NCBI GenBank assembly: GCA_951406725.2
Contig: OX597814.1
Span: 105,338,001 to 105,402,000, forward strand
Reading direction: 5' to 3'
Length of the DNA: 64,000 nt
DNA from: Octopus vulgaris
Lineage: Eukaryota
Part shown: one piece after another, positions 12,028 to 24,795 of the stretch
Layout: each line of letters begins with the position of its first letter
Position numbering within the stretch: position 1 is the stretch's first letter
Translations under genes and position numbers: made by a program
The notes under the pieces: generated by a model
Seen by the model: the letters and a program-made list of their open reading frames with translations, nothing else
Told to the model about the DNA's origin: nothing
Databases searched by the model: none

Positions 12028-12287
12028 TTCTAATATAGAATAAATTTTTTTCAAACATTTCATCAAGTGGCCAGCATATTAAAATACCTTTAAAGGTGAA
12101 ACTTATAATCAATTATAAATAAGGGTAAAAGAAAAAAAATGTCTATGCCAATATGCTGAGAAATATATTTTAAATCGTCAATCTCCGTAACCTAGCGGTT
12201 CGGCCAAAGGGGCCGATAGAATGAGTACTAGACTTACAAAGAGTAAATACTGGGGGCGATTTCTTCTACTAAAGTTGTGGTTCCTGA

Positions 12288-12560
12288 CCGATCAGAGATG
12301 TAACTGGGGTATTAGATATAATTGGGGTATTTACGTGTACTCATGATTCTTGTTTTTGCTTTTATCCATGGATGCTTGTAGGTATTTCATTTATTTCTTA
12401 TCGACTGATGAGGTGAAAATCCGTTGGATTAATCTCGAAATTGATTCAATATAGATTTAACGGATTTTAAAAAATTCTGTAAGCTTGCTTCCCTCGATTT
12501 CAACACGACGTGTATTCATGGTGAATGTTTATATTTCATGTGGTGATTGATGATTTAAAG
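12288..12560 (+). mobile_element. PLE pLTR-like remnant with type I hammerhead (~12400-12456)
   Basis: ATCGA-CTGATGA-G[gtgaaaatccgttggattaatct]C-GAAA-TTG att CAA-TA-TAGAT: intact core, stem III TTG/CAA, stem I with one mismatch. Confidence 0.6.
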
Positions 12561-12636
12561 TCTATTCTCAGTATATTGGCATAGAAACCTGTTTTTTTCT
12601 TTTGCGCTTGTTTATAATTGGTTACATATATATTAC

Positions 12637-12677
<41 letters not shown>

Positions 12678-12706
12678 CGTGTGTGTGTCTGTATGTGTGT
12701 GTGTGC

Positions 12707-12751
<45 letters not shown>

Positions 12752-12951
12752 AAACATTCGCCATGTTGGACCGTTGAAATCTACACGTTTCTTTTCATTC
12801 TTGCTGTTTATTTCCTGGTTTTCCTTTCTGTTGAAGAGTGTAGACTCGAAACGCAAAAGACTCCTTTTTTTTATTTTTCCCGAGTATCAAATACACTTGC
12901 GACAGAACCGGTGTTTATACCGAAAGCTAATGTTTATCCTTTCTTAAAAGA

Positions 12952-13175
12952 AGATGTTCTGTTAGAACAGAGAATACTGTATGATTTATGATGAGATCTC
13001 CCATATGGATGTGAAGTGCATTAAAGATCTTTTGCGTATTTCGCAGGCGGGAGATAGACGTCTGATGGCGATAGCAGACGACCATCTTTCACCAATCCTT
13101 TTATGTGCCACAAATCCATATGAGAGGCTCTCTCGTGATAAATAACGCAGTATTTTCTTTTCTAACAGAACATCT
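12952..13175. mobile_element. MITE with ~75-bp imperfect TIRs and TTAA flank (Kolobok-like)
   Basis: AGATGTTCTGTTAGAACAGAGAATACTG...CATATGGAT versus ATCCATATG...CAGTATTTTCTTTTCTAACAGAACATCT-TTAA. AG...CT termini. Confidence 0.7.
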
Positions 13176-13211
13176 TTAAGTGGGGATAGTGTTTTAAGTG
13201 GGGATAGTGCT

Positions 13212-13350
13212 TTATTCTTTTACTTGTTTCAGTAATTTGACTGCGGCCAAGCTAGAGCACCGTCTTTAGTAGAAGAAATTGACTCCAGGACTTATTCTTT
13301 GTAAATCAAGTACTTATTATATCGGTTTCTTTTGCCGAACCACTAGCTAA
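13212..13350 (-). mobile_element. SINE family A 3' fragment
   Basis: Reverse complement of the family A tail (TTTACTTGTTTCAGT...CACCG.CTTTAGT...TTTGCCGAACC). Confidence 0.75.
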
Positions 13351-13683
13351 CGTATTTCGTATTTCGAGTATTTAACAACAATATACGCTTTTGATAAAAC
13401 AGTTGCTCCTGCAAAGCAAATTAATTAAAATAATTTTGGAATTTTGCGGAGGGTCAAAATTGGTAACACAAACAGGACAGTGAAAACAGACAGGAAGGGC
13501 TGCTAAGCCTAAGCTAGATTGTGGGGCGACGCACAAATCAAGCTAGGACAGGAGACAAACAAGAACACGTCTTCCTTTTTCCAGCTACAACGGATATAAA
13601 GAAAGAAAGATGGCCGATGGTCACGTAGGAGCCCCGTGAGAAAAGGAGGAGTGAGGGAGAAAAAGTGACAGAGGAATAGGATG

Positions 13684-13763
<80 letters not shown>

Positions 13764-14188
13764 GCAAAATAGACTTCATGAGAACGTTTACATGGAACAC
13801 ATATACTCCAATGTTATGATGTAAAGGTCTTATCTTTACGCCTGTTTCGGATTCAACATGACTTATGTCATAACCATGTCTATTACGTAATTCCTATAAC
13901 GTCGAAGCTGTGTTGAATAGAACGAGTGCGTACAAAATTGTGATAAAGTCATGTTGACTTCTTGCATATATAAATATATACATTCATACATACATATATA
14001 CATATATACGCACGTACATGTATATACATAGACATATACACAAACAAGCAAACAAACACACACATATATATGTATATATACATATAGAAAGAGGGCGGAG
14101 AGATGGAAAGAGAGCATTAAGTATATAGATGTATATAATAACAGAATTAATGAATGTCAATGTGTGTTAATGTTAGTGAGTGTGGTAG

Positions 14189-14290
14189 TGGTGGGGTGAT
14201 GGTGGTGATGGTGGTGGTGGTGGTGGTGGTGGTGGTGGTGGTGGTGGTGGTGGTGGTGGTGGTGGTGGTGGTGGTGGTGGTGGTGGTGGT
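14189..14290 (+). repeat. (GGT)n microsatellite
   Basis: Read directly. Confidence 0.95.
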
Positions 14291-14680
14291 TGGTTGCATA
14301 GTCTGTAGTAGTGGTGCACCTTTCCTGAAGATGCTTACTTGAGGAACTGCCTTAATCCAATTGCAAAAAGATGTTCATACACGAGAAGATGGCGCCAGCA
14401 TGTTTGGGAGAAATTCATTAGAATTAAATGTGGAACTCTGTGAGTGAACGTGTGTGTGTGTGTGTGAGTGAGTGTGAGTGAGTGTGTGTGTGTGTGTGTA
14501 TGTATGTGTGTATCGATATATGAGTATATCTATATATGTATGAATGTATATATATATGTATGTAGTTATCTATATATATACATATACACACTGACATTAC
14601 ATCTACCTATCTACAGTCGATGTAATATGTCCGTATGTATATGTATGAAAATATACACACATACACACATTCATATATAC

Positions 14681-14748
<68 letters not shown>

Positions 14749-14753
14749 AAATA

Positions 14754-14793
<40 letters not shown>

Positions 14794-14794
14794 G

Positions 14795-14866
<72 letters not shown>

Positions 14867-14869
14867 TTA

Positions 14870-14924
<55 letters not shown>

Positions 14925-15667
14925 GATGTGATTTTAAATATGTGTCTATTTGTGTGAAGATGAATATGTATACGGGTATGTACCCGAGATTAAGAAAGAG
15001 TACGTGGGTACAGCTTGTTCCGTGTATTGAGGTATGAAGACATTTTGTCTCATTATTTTTGTGTGTGTGTATATATTTATATATATATATATATATATAT
15101 ACGTATGTGTGTGTGTATGCGTGTGTGTGTGTGCGGTAATATGTGTATGCGTGTGGTTCTTTGTATGAGCGTTTTATGGTTACATATATATATGTAATTA
15201 AATTAACCACCGTTTATGCAATATTATACACACACAGGTGTATTCGTATTTACGTGTATATCTGGGTGTCTATGAGGAGAAGAATATACTTCTCTACGTG
15301 TGTGTGTTTGTGTGCGTGCATGCGTGTGTGTGTATGTGTGTGCGTGCGTGCGTGTGTGTGTGTGTGTGGCAATCTATATACGTATCTGCGAGCATTTAGA
15401 AACATGTGTTATACACATATATGTGAACATATGCATGAATATATGAATGCATGTATGTAGGTGATCATGTGTGTTTGTGTACGTATGTATATGCATGTAT
15501 GTGTGTGTGTGCATGTGTGTTTGTATGCGTGAGTCTGTGTTCGTACGCGTGCGTGCATGTGCTTGTGTGTGTATGTAGCAACCTTATACGTATAGAGCTA
15601 ATGTTACCACACACACATACACACATACACACACACACAGACACGCACGCACACACACACACACATC

Positions 15668-15727
<60 letters not shown>

Positions 15728-16330
15728 CAGATATACCTATGAGTATAATTCCTCGAAGACAGGCATCGGAGACAGAAATTAACATAACCACACACGCGCA
15801 CGCACGCACGCACACACACCCACACACACACAAACACACACACATACACATGCACATGTACAACTATACACAAACAATCTTTCTCAACCGCATCTAAACA
15901 AGCCTACACACACACACACATACACACACACCATCTTATAATCTTTTTTTAGACTCAGAAATGAACTTTTCAAGTAACAGTGAAATATTGTAATTTCGAA
16001 TGAAGGAATCTATGGAGAAAGCAAAGAGAAAAATGGAAGAAACACAGAACGCAGAGCCAATGCATTACCAAAATCCTATTTAGAAACGGAAAGAAAGAGC
16101 TTCAAGGAAGTTTTCGCATCAGCTAATTCCAGCGTCAACAAATGCATTTATAAAGCAACTAATTGTTATTTATCTATCCTTATTCCTATCTCTTTGTCTC
16201 TCTATCTTTCTATGCATGAATATATATATATATGTGTGTGTGTGTGTATTTATGTATATTTACATCTATGTACTAATCTGTGTATCTGCTCATCTTATCT
16301 ATTTATATATCTATCTATCTATCTATCTTC

Positions 16331-16378
<48 letters not shown>

Positions 16379-16390
16379 ATTGTCCCATTT

Positions 16391-16437
<47 letters not shown>

Positions 16438-16569
16438 ATCTATTTATCTGTGTCTGTCTGTCTGTTAGTCTATCTGTACCCACTTATTTGAGCGCATGTA
16501 TATGTATATCTATACTTGTAACTTTCTAATGAATATATGCACACACACATATATATGTACATACGTATA

Positions 16570-16608
<39 letters not shown>

Positions 16609-17045
16609 GTGAATATCTTTATATATATATATATATATATATATCTATACTATACACACGCACTTATATATGTATGTATTTACATATATTTATATATATC
16701 CATACACACATGTGTACGTATGTATGTATACATGTATATATATGTATGTATGTACGTATGTATGCATGTATGTATGTGTGTGTGTGTGTATGTATGTGTG
16801 TATGTATGTATGTATGTATGTATGTATGTATGTATGTATGCATGTACTAGAAACATTTATAAATGAGTGCAGAAAATATTGTGTAGATCGATTTTAACAT
16901 AATTACAAATTCTGTCTCCGGAAAGAACATTGCACCAAATTTGAAACAGGTCTCCAATTAGAATGTATTTCATTCAATTAAAATGTCATTTTAAAACTAC
17001 CTGAATATCTGTATGATTGTATATATGCACATGCATGTGTGTATG

Positions 17046-17090
<45 letters not shown>

Positions 17091-17123
17091 GGGGGGGAGG
17101 GAGAGAGAGAGAGAGCTGGATAT

Positions 17124-17165
<42 letters not shown>

Positions 17166-17556
17166 TGATAGATGGGTGTGCGTTTATGTATATAGATGTG
17201 TACGTGTCTCTGTGTGTGTATATAGATACGTATGTTTCTGTGTGTATGAGTGTGTGCATCTATTATTTTTAGCTACGATTATTATTATTATTGTTGTTGT
17301 TGTTTTTGTTGTTATTTACCATAACGGTTCGATCTATCAACTTGGGGAAGAATCTAATTTTAATGGAGTTACACTGTAAGCAAATATGTCGATTATACGC
17401 AGAACCAATCCCAATATACATAGAAAAAAACACAGAAGATGACATATGCAACCTTTCAAAAGCGACCACCGCAGGGGAAAATACCCAATGAACAATTACT
17501 ATTTAGAACTAAAAAAAAGGGTGAGTGATAAGAAAATGGTTTGGGTAAATAAATGA

Positions 17557-18339
17557 AGGATCTTTTCTCTTTGGCTGACACATTTAAATTTCTTCAATTT
17601 TTGTTCCAATTGGTTTCATATTTGGTGTACTAATGTAGTTTTGTATGGTAATAAATGACATGAAATTCATTTTCACCTTAAATCAACAAATAAAGTGTTA
17701 ATAGCTTTTAAAGTTTGCAAATTTTAGCCAATTGAAAGCCATACACATATAGGTGCCTGTTTCCATAGTAACAAACTAGGTTGTTATCAGGCTGCTTACT
17801 CTGATGTTGTCCTATGAAGCCACTTGGTAATTTTTCCGCTTACTAAATGCTTAAAACACCAGGTATGAGGTGATCGTAAGATGTGCTAAAAATAATAGCT
17901 ATATAAGCCTTAAACCACGCGCCAAAAAACTGTTTTTCTTTTTTTTTGATTTTTTTTCATAATCGCATTTTCGTTTGTAGAATACAAATTCGCAAAAATT
18001 TTCTGAAAATTCCAAAAAGTAAAAAAGCTTATGATGGATTATATGTCGTGCGTAAAGCAGAATACCGTCAGTGTTTCATTCGTTTACACTTTCATACGTG
18101 CTATTTTCGCCATGTTGACAACTCGTGCAGTCACGCACAAAATGACAGCTTCCAACTCCTGTTTTCTGGCTGATTAAAAATGATCAAATTTTAAACTTCT
18201 GTAATTTTTAAAAATTGTCTCTAGAAAAAGAGAATTATCTCATGAGGTTCAGCGTGGAAAATTACGTCAATACACCAAATTAAAAAATTTTCACTCAACT
18301 TCAAAATTTCCTTGGGTGCAGCCAAACAGAAAAGTTCCT
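17557..18339. mobile_element. Non-autonomous DNA transposon, Kolobok-like
   Basis: TIR AGGATCTTTTCTCTTTGGCTG / CAGCCAAACAGAAAAGTTCCT, plus subterminal inverted segment ATTTGGTGTACTAATGTAGTTT / AAATTACGTCAATACACCAAAT. Flanks resemble degenerate TTAA. Confidence 0.6.
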
Positions 18340-18378
18340 AAATAGATAATTTATTAAATTAATTGATTAAATAAATAA

Positions 18379-18757
18379 AGATGTGGTGGTCTGGTAAGAA
18401 GCTTGCTTCCCTACCTCGTGGTTCCGGGTTCAGTGCCACTGCATGTCACCTTGAATGTCTTCTACTATAGTTTCGAGTCGACCAAAGTCTTGTAAGATCA
18501 TTTGAAAGCGGAAACTGAAAGACTGTCGTGTGTGTGTGTGTGTGTGTTCGTCCACCGCTTGTCAACCAGTGTTGGTGTGTTTACGTTCCTGTAACATAGC
18601 GGTTCTGTAAAAGAAAGCGATAGAATAAGTACCAAATTTTAAAGTAATTATTATAAGCCCTTGGACCGAGTCATTCGATGAAGAATTTCTGAAGGCGGTG
18701 CCCCCAGCATGGCCGCAGCCTCCCGACTAAAACAAGTGAAAGGTAAAAGATAAAAGA
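18379..18757 (+). mobile_element. SINE family A, older full-length copy
   Basis: Colinear with 1936-2351. Confidence 0.8.
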
Positions 18758-19409
18758 CTTAGGAGGAAACAAAGGTTAAATAATAAAGAATAAATCGACG
18801 TAAATGAAAGTAAATTTGAATTGATAAACAAGGCATTTCACAGGCCTTTTTGTATATAATCCGTTTCGCTATAAAAATTTGGCCAGAGTTCCATGCTATT
18901 GGTGAGGTTGATAGGAATTCTAATAGAAAGAAAGTCGAAATTATCAGTAAAGAGATCACGTGGGAAAAAAATTAAACACCTCACGTAATGTTAGGAATTA
19001 ATGGGAGTATAACCAGCTGACGTTATGGAACAGGGTAGGAGATGTAGTGAGTGATATTGTAATCACATTGATTAAGTGTAGAATAGTTTACCAGTCCCTT
19101 GAAACTGAAGAGATATCAAATACTAGGTACAGGCGTTGAGGAAAAAATTTCAGTCAAATCGTGGTATTTTCATCAACAGAATCTAGGATATATAACAGAT
19201 TTGTTGAATTGCTTGATGTACGACCAACAGTCACTGCTACTACTGATATTTCGGCCGCTGGCCATTTCCACATTTATAACCAACGAATCTAGTCAAAGCA
19301 CAAGACAGCCATTATGCTCCCCACCACAAAACACCACCACGTGGATTCTGTTGAGACTAGTATGGAACAATTATGAACTTTTTTTTATTACACTTAACTT
19401 TTAAAAATA

Positions 19410-19455
19410 TTTTTGATAAGGTTCGTTTTTTCAAGAAGAACCGAAACATTTAAAA
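19410..19455 (+). ncRNA. Decayed hammerhead motif in a PLE-like end next to (TA)n
   Basis: TTGATAA-GGTTC...GAACC-GAAA-CATT-TA: stem II intact, two core substitutions. Confidence 0.45.
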
Positions 19456-19501
19456 TCTCTAAGAAAATTAAAATATATCTTATATAGTGGCGTTTTCAAA
19501 C

Positions 19502-19544
<43 letters not shown>

Positions 19545-19609
19545 CTGAGTTTTAATATGAATTTCGATCTTGTACAAGGCACTTCAGATATCACCTTTAA
19601 TGTCTTATG

Positions 19610-19800
19610 ACAGAAGAGTATTGAACAAGAACTTCCTCCTTATTAAGGTTTTGTTGATCTGACGCGAGATTTTGACAGTAAATAGAAAGTTACTGTGGGG
19701 AATTCTAGAATACTGACGGGCTCAACAATGTTCCTTAATATGATTGTTCAGACCACAAATGGTGCACTCGTGACCAATTATGACAAACAGAACGCTCTGC
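19610..19800 (+). pseudogene. RTE-type LINE reverse transcriptase fragment
   Basis: EQELPPY*GFVDLTRDFD then NRKLLWGILE matches the RTE RT motif EQ..PLY..FVDL.KAFD.VNR..LW.IL. Confidence 0.55.
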
Positions 19801-20872
19801 CTGTCATAAGATATTCAGAGAAACAAACTATTCAGAGAAGAATGAGATTCTTCTTCAATACATTTGCTGCATTCTGAAATTACAATAATTCTGAAGAACG
19901 TCTAAGTGATATTCATCAGTGTTTCTGGCCAGCCCCATATTGAACCAAGTGTACTCGTTCAAAGTGTACACGTGCTGTTGTGTTCTTTTGTAGTTTTGTC
20001 TCTAGGAACAGGTCCTTGATTATGAGACTGATCGATTTTAGAATACGATCGATTTTAGGACACTTTATACACGCCCCACTTCCTTACAGATTCCAGAACT
20101 CCTCCGGGGACAACTTTAATTTTTGTTCTCTCTTAGTAGAAAGCATACACAGCCGCAGATTACAAGTACGTATGGCACAGAAACTGAGCGAGTGTGTTTA
20201 GGGCGGATCTCCTAGAAATTCTGACTTGTCCATATTGTATAGCTTATCCAGAACATGTAATGTCTCTTGGACCCCATCATCCAACTCTACGCACTTTCAT
20301 GTATAAAGGCTTGCAATTTCGTGGAAGATGGCAAGTCGATTATATCGACCTCCAATGCTCAACTGGTAAGTATATCAACCACATAATGAAAGGTAAAAAT
20401 CAAACTAGCCATGTTTTGAGATCAGAATGTAAAAGCCAGAAGAAATGGCATCAAGTCGATTAAGGCTTGGCCAAAATGGGAGGCATTTGTCCTTAATCTT
20501 TTGAACCTCGTCCATCACACCACCTCTCCCAATATGGTCAATGCACAGTGGAACACTGCCTGCCCTAGGTGGGGGACGAGATGATCCATGCGATGGACTG
20601 GGCCGATTATTATATTTGTCTTACACATGCCTGCCCTTGGTGGGTGATGAGGCGTTCCTCGCGATGGAGTTGGACGATTATTGGATTTGCCTTACACTTG
20701 ATAACAGCTGTTTTTCAGTATAACTCCACAAGTCAGCAGTTTTTCTAAAGTGGCCCTCAGATATATAACTGCTATTTAACTTATACCGATACCGACACCT
20801 AGCGGGATTTGAATTCAATCAATAAAGGGATATAACTAAATACCAATCGTCAATTTATTTGGAGCTCCAACG

Positions 20873-20931
20873 AGTTTTATCTGGATGGTGTAACATTGAT
20901 GCAGTTTTATCTGGATGGTGTAACATTGATG
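20873..20931 (+). repeat. 30-bp tandem duplication
   Basis: AGTTTTATCTGGATGGTGTAACATTGATG occurs twice in tandem. Confidence 0.9.
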
Positions 20932-21144
20932 AACTCCAGCTTGTGATTCGTTCAAATATTTTATTATTGACAATTTTGTTGTAAGAAACTAACCCTGTTT
21001 AAGTCACGACAAACAGAATGTGTATGTTTGCGTATGTCCTCTGTCTATGTCTATCAACCAATATCTATCTGTGTGTGTGTGTATGTGTGCATAATAGATA
21101 GATACATAGAAAGACAGAAAGACAGAAAGATAGATAGATAGATG

Positions 21145-21203
<59 letters not shown>

Positions 21204-21212
21204 CTCTGTATA

Positions 21213-21347
21213 GATGCAGGCGTGACTATGTGGTAAGAAGCTTGCTTCCCAACCACATGGTTCCAGGTTCAGTTTCAATGCGTGGAACATCGGGCTAACC
21301 AAAGTCTTGTGAGTGGATTTGGTAGAAGAAACTAGAAGCCTGTCGTG

Positions 21348-21419
<72 letters not shown>

Positions 21420-21690
21420 TGTATGTGTGTATATGTGTGTGTGTGTGTGTATGTGTGTGTCTGTGTGGCTATATATATACTGTTATTCTTTTACTTGTTT
21501 CAGACATTTAGCTGCGGCTATGCTGGAGCACCGCCTTTAGTTGAACAAATCGGCCCCAGGACTTATGGTTTGTAAGCCTAGTACTTATTCTATCGGTCTC
21601 TTTTGCCGAGCCGCTAAGATACGGGGACATAAACACACCAACATTAAGCGATGGTAGGGGAAAATCACAGACACACACACACGCACACAA
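21213..21690. mobile_element. SINE family A split: 5' half on + (21213-21348), 3' half on - (21484-21690)
   Basis: Head motifs on +, then (TA)(TG)n, then the reverse-complemented tail followed by (CA)n. Confidence 0.8.
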
Positions 21691-22218
21691 TCACACACAC
21701 ACACTCACACACACACACACACTCACACACACACACACTCACACGCAAGTACACTTTTAATAACATATGGTGGCGTCAAATCAACCACAAAGAGAAAGAA
21801 GACAGCAAGGAAGAGAAGAGAAAATGAAAGTTAATTCAATAGAAAGAGAGAAAGAAGAGAAAGAAAGAGAAGGATGAGACGAATTGAAGGAAAATGGAGA
21901 GAAAAAGTTAGATCGAAAGAAGAAAAGAAAACGGAAGAGAAGGTCGATATATATATATATATATATATATAAAGAGAGAGAGAGAGAGAGGAAAGGCAGG
22001 GGAATAGAGAGAGATGGGAAAGAGAGAGGATATCAACGAAACGTGAAAGACTGATGGGAAATATTAAAAAAGAAATGGAGAAATAATTCTAAAGGAGTTC
22101 GTTGTTGTTGTCATGAAAGTACAGATTCTACTGTCAAACACAGCATCTACGACAAACATTTCTACGCGCATATACGCCGCATAATTATCTATATCATGTA
22201 TACATACATATATATATA

Positions 22219-22262
<44 letters not shown>

Positions 22263-22270
<8 letters not shown>

Positions 22271-22430
22271 ATAGAGGGCATTATTACACATAAATGCCTC
22301 ACACTAAGAGGGACAAAGTCATTACTACCAAAATTATACTTAGTATAATTTTGGTAGTAATGACTTTGTCCCTCTTAGTGTGAGGCATTTATGTGGCATT
22401 TATGTGTAATAATGCCCTCTATACAATATA
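22263..22430. repeat. Near-perfect palindrome: 78-bp arm, 1-nt centre, 11-nt duplication in the right arm
   Basis: ...CCAAAATTATACT-T-AGTATAATTTTGG...; arms match exactly except an extra GGCATTTATGT. Confidence 0.95.
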
Positions 22431-22558
22431 GATATAATTAATTTGTTCAAAAGAAAAAAATTATTTTCGAATTCTTTTCTTTTATGAGGTTTTCACGCTA
22501 ACTACCCGATAATTTCTTGTTAAGATCCCTTATTAAGAGGTTATCCTTAATTGTTAAA

Positions 22559-22620
<62 letters not shown>

Positions 22621-23069
22621 TATATGTATATATATATATACATAGATGTGTATGTGGGCGTATTTCTGTGTGTGTGTTTATATTGGGATGGTTGTGTGCA
22701 TGTATCATTGCACATGTTCTAACAATCTTATCCTCCGCATACATACACACACACATACACACATACACAGAAATATTCATGTGCTTATGTATCCACATTT
22801 ACCTGTGTGTGCCTTTATTTATCTCTCTAGCTAATCTTATAATTATATTTATATACGTACCTACATATTTACATACACGTGTGTGTGTGTGTATGTATAG
22901 ACACACGCATATATTTATTCCCTGGGGCCAACTGGAACCTGGTGTCTAATTCTGTTGTTTCTGATCACTATTAACTTCCTGTTGGCATCACATGATTTAT
23001 TACTGTAAAGCAACTGCTCCTTGTGTTCATCCTGGAAATGGCGAAACTGTCTTATCTCCGGAGTCCATG

Positions 23070-23070
23070 A

Positions 23071-23115
<45 letters not shown>

Positions 23116-23164
23116 TCTCCGTCTCTCTCTCCTCACTCTTTCTGTCTGTCCGTCTGTCTGTCTG

Positions 23165-23259
<95 letters not shown>

Positions 23260-23301
23260 CTCCCTCTCTCTCTCTCTCTATCTCTCTCACTCTCTCTATC
23301 C

Positions 23302-23345
<44 letters not shown>

Positions 23346-23362
23346 CTCTCTCTCTCTATCTA

Positions 23363-23395
<33 letters not shown>

Positions 23396-23418
23396 ATATA
23401 TATATATATATCTGTCTG

Positions 23419-23505
<87 letters not shown>
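23070..23505 (+). repeat. (CT)n/(CTAT)n compound microsatellite
   Basis: Read directly. Confidence 0.95.
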
Positions 23506-23652
23506 CACCTGTCTACTCCACATCAACATTTAATTAACGCTTATAACTCTTCCTGTGTTGCTGCTCCTCTTGTGCAATTCTGGCGACGAAAATTATTGAA
23601 ATTATTTCAAATAAAAGCAATGAAACTGACCAGCAGCCGCAGTAACAGCAGA

Positions 23653-23684
<32 letters not shown>

Positions 23685-23778
23685 CAGCAGAAGAAGAAGA
23701 AGAAGCAGAAGCGAAGAAAAAGAAGAAGAAGCAGAAGTAGCGAAGAAAAAGAAGAAGAAGAAGCAGAAGTAGCAGCAG

Positions 23779-23811
<33 letters not shown>

Positions 23812-23824
23812 TAGCAGCAGCAGC

Positions 23825-23870
<46 letters not shown>

Positions 23871-23879
23871 AAATCATTG

Positions 23880-24432
23880 AATATTTTGAGTCTTCAGCAG
23901 CGAGCGCCCAGTCTCGCTCAGCTGGAGTTAATCCAAAATCCTGTTTGCATCCAGGGTCCAGTCAACGCTACGACATCCATGACACACACACACCTAATCC
24001 ACAGCTACTTTGAACCCACTTCTTTTACCTCAGAAGCCCTCTTGATAGCCTATCGCTCACTGGTCCTTTTGATGCTCAGCATGTTGTAAGCCTTGTCCAG
24101 GGATTAACCTGCGAATCCTCTCATCCTACCGCAATGGTGCCATATCACCTTCAGAACCGCTTGTTCGGTACCATTCCACCAGCTCAGCTAATTTGGTTCA
24201 ATTTTTCTTCTCAATTTGATCCTGCCAAGAATGATTGAGTCCTAGCGATTCTTCCTGCTTAGATGCTCCCGGATCAGCGTCATGTCTGCCCTTAGCATTG
24301 TTGTTGTGACAGTTTCTGGGAACTGCATTCCCTTCCTTAGTTCGTCTTTCAACTCCAAGTCTTGCACCATTGATGAAAGGTTAAAAGACATGGTGTTGTC
24401 AGTTAATGGCAACTTCATTCTGTTAAGTGGAG
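23880..24432 (-). pseudogene. HERO-like non-LTR retrotransposon 3' fragment (restriction-like endonuclease region)
   Basis: Minus-strand pieces ELKDELRKGMQFPETVTTTMLRADMTL, LAELVEW and RGFAG*SLDKAYNMLSIKRTSER*AIKRASE...LWIR match the HERO C-terminal pattern (L.FP..I..T.LRPD...GCRGF.G.SL...RAI....AS.WLW). Confidence 0.65.
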
Positions 24433-24679
24433 ATCCTTACATCTGCGTACATACATACATACATACATACATACATACATACATACATACAAACATTAGT
24501 TTGTTTACAGAAAACGTTTTCAATATGCGTATATAAGCTCCTGCGGTATTATGCCGGCTACAGTCTAATGATGCCAACTCGCAATAGCAGCTCTTTGGGG
24601 TTGCACTGACCTCTGCTGATATAATGTAGGATGATGATGATTAGCATATGCGATGATGATGATGATGATGATGATGATG

Positions 24680-24795
<116 letters not shown>

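Noticed and set aside
19960-20720. Possible minus-strand RTE endonuclease and 5' UTR relic
   Set aside because: Only vague motif resemblance; needs a profile search.
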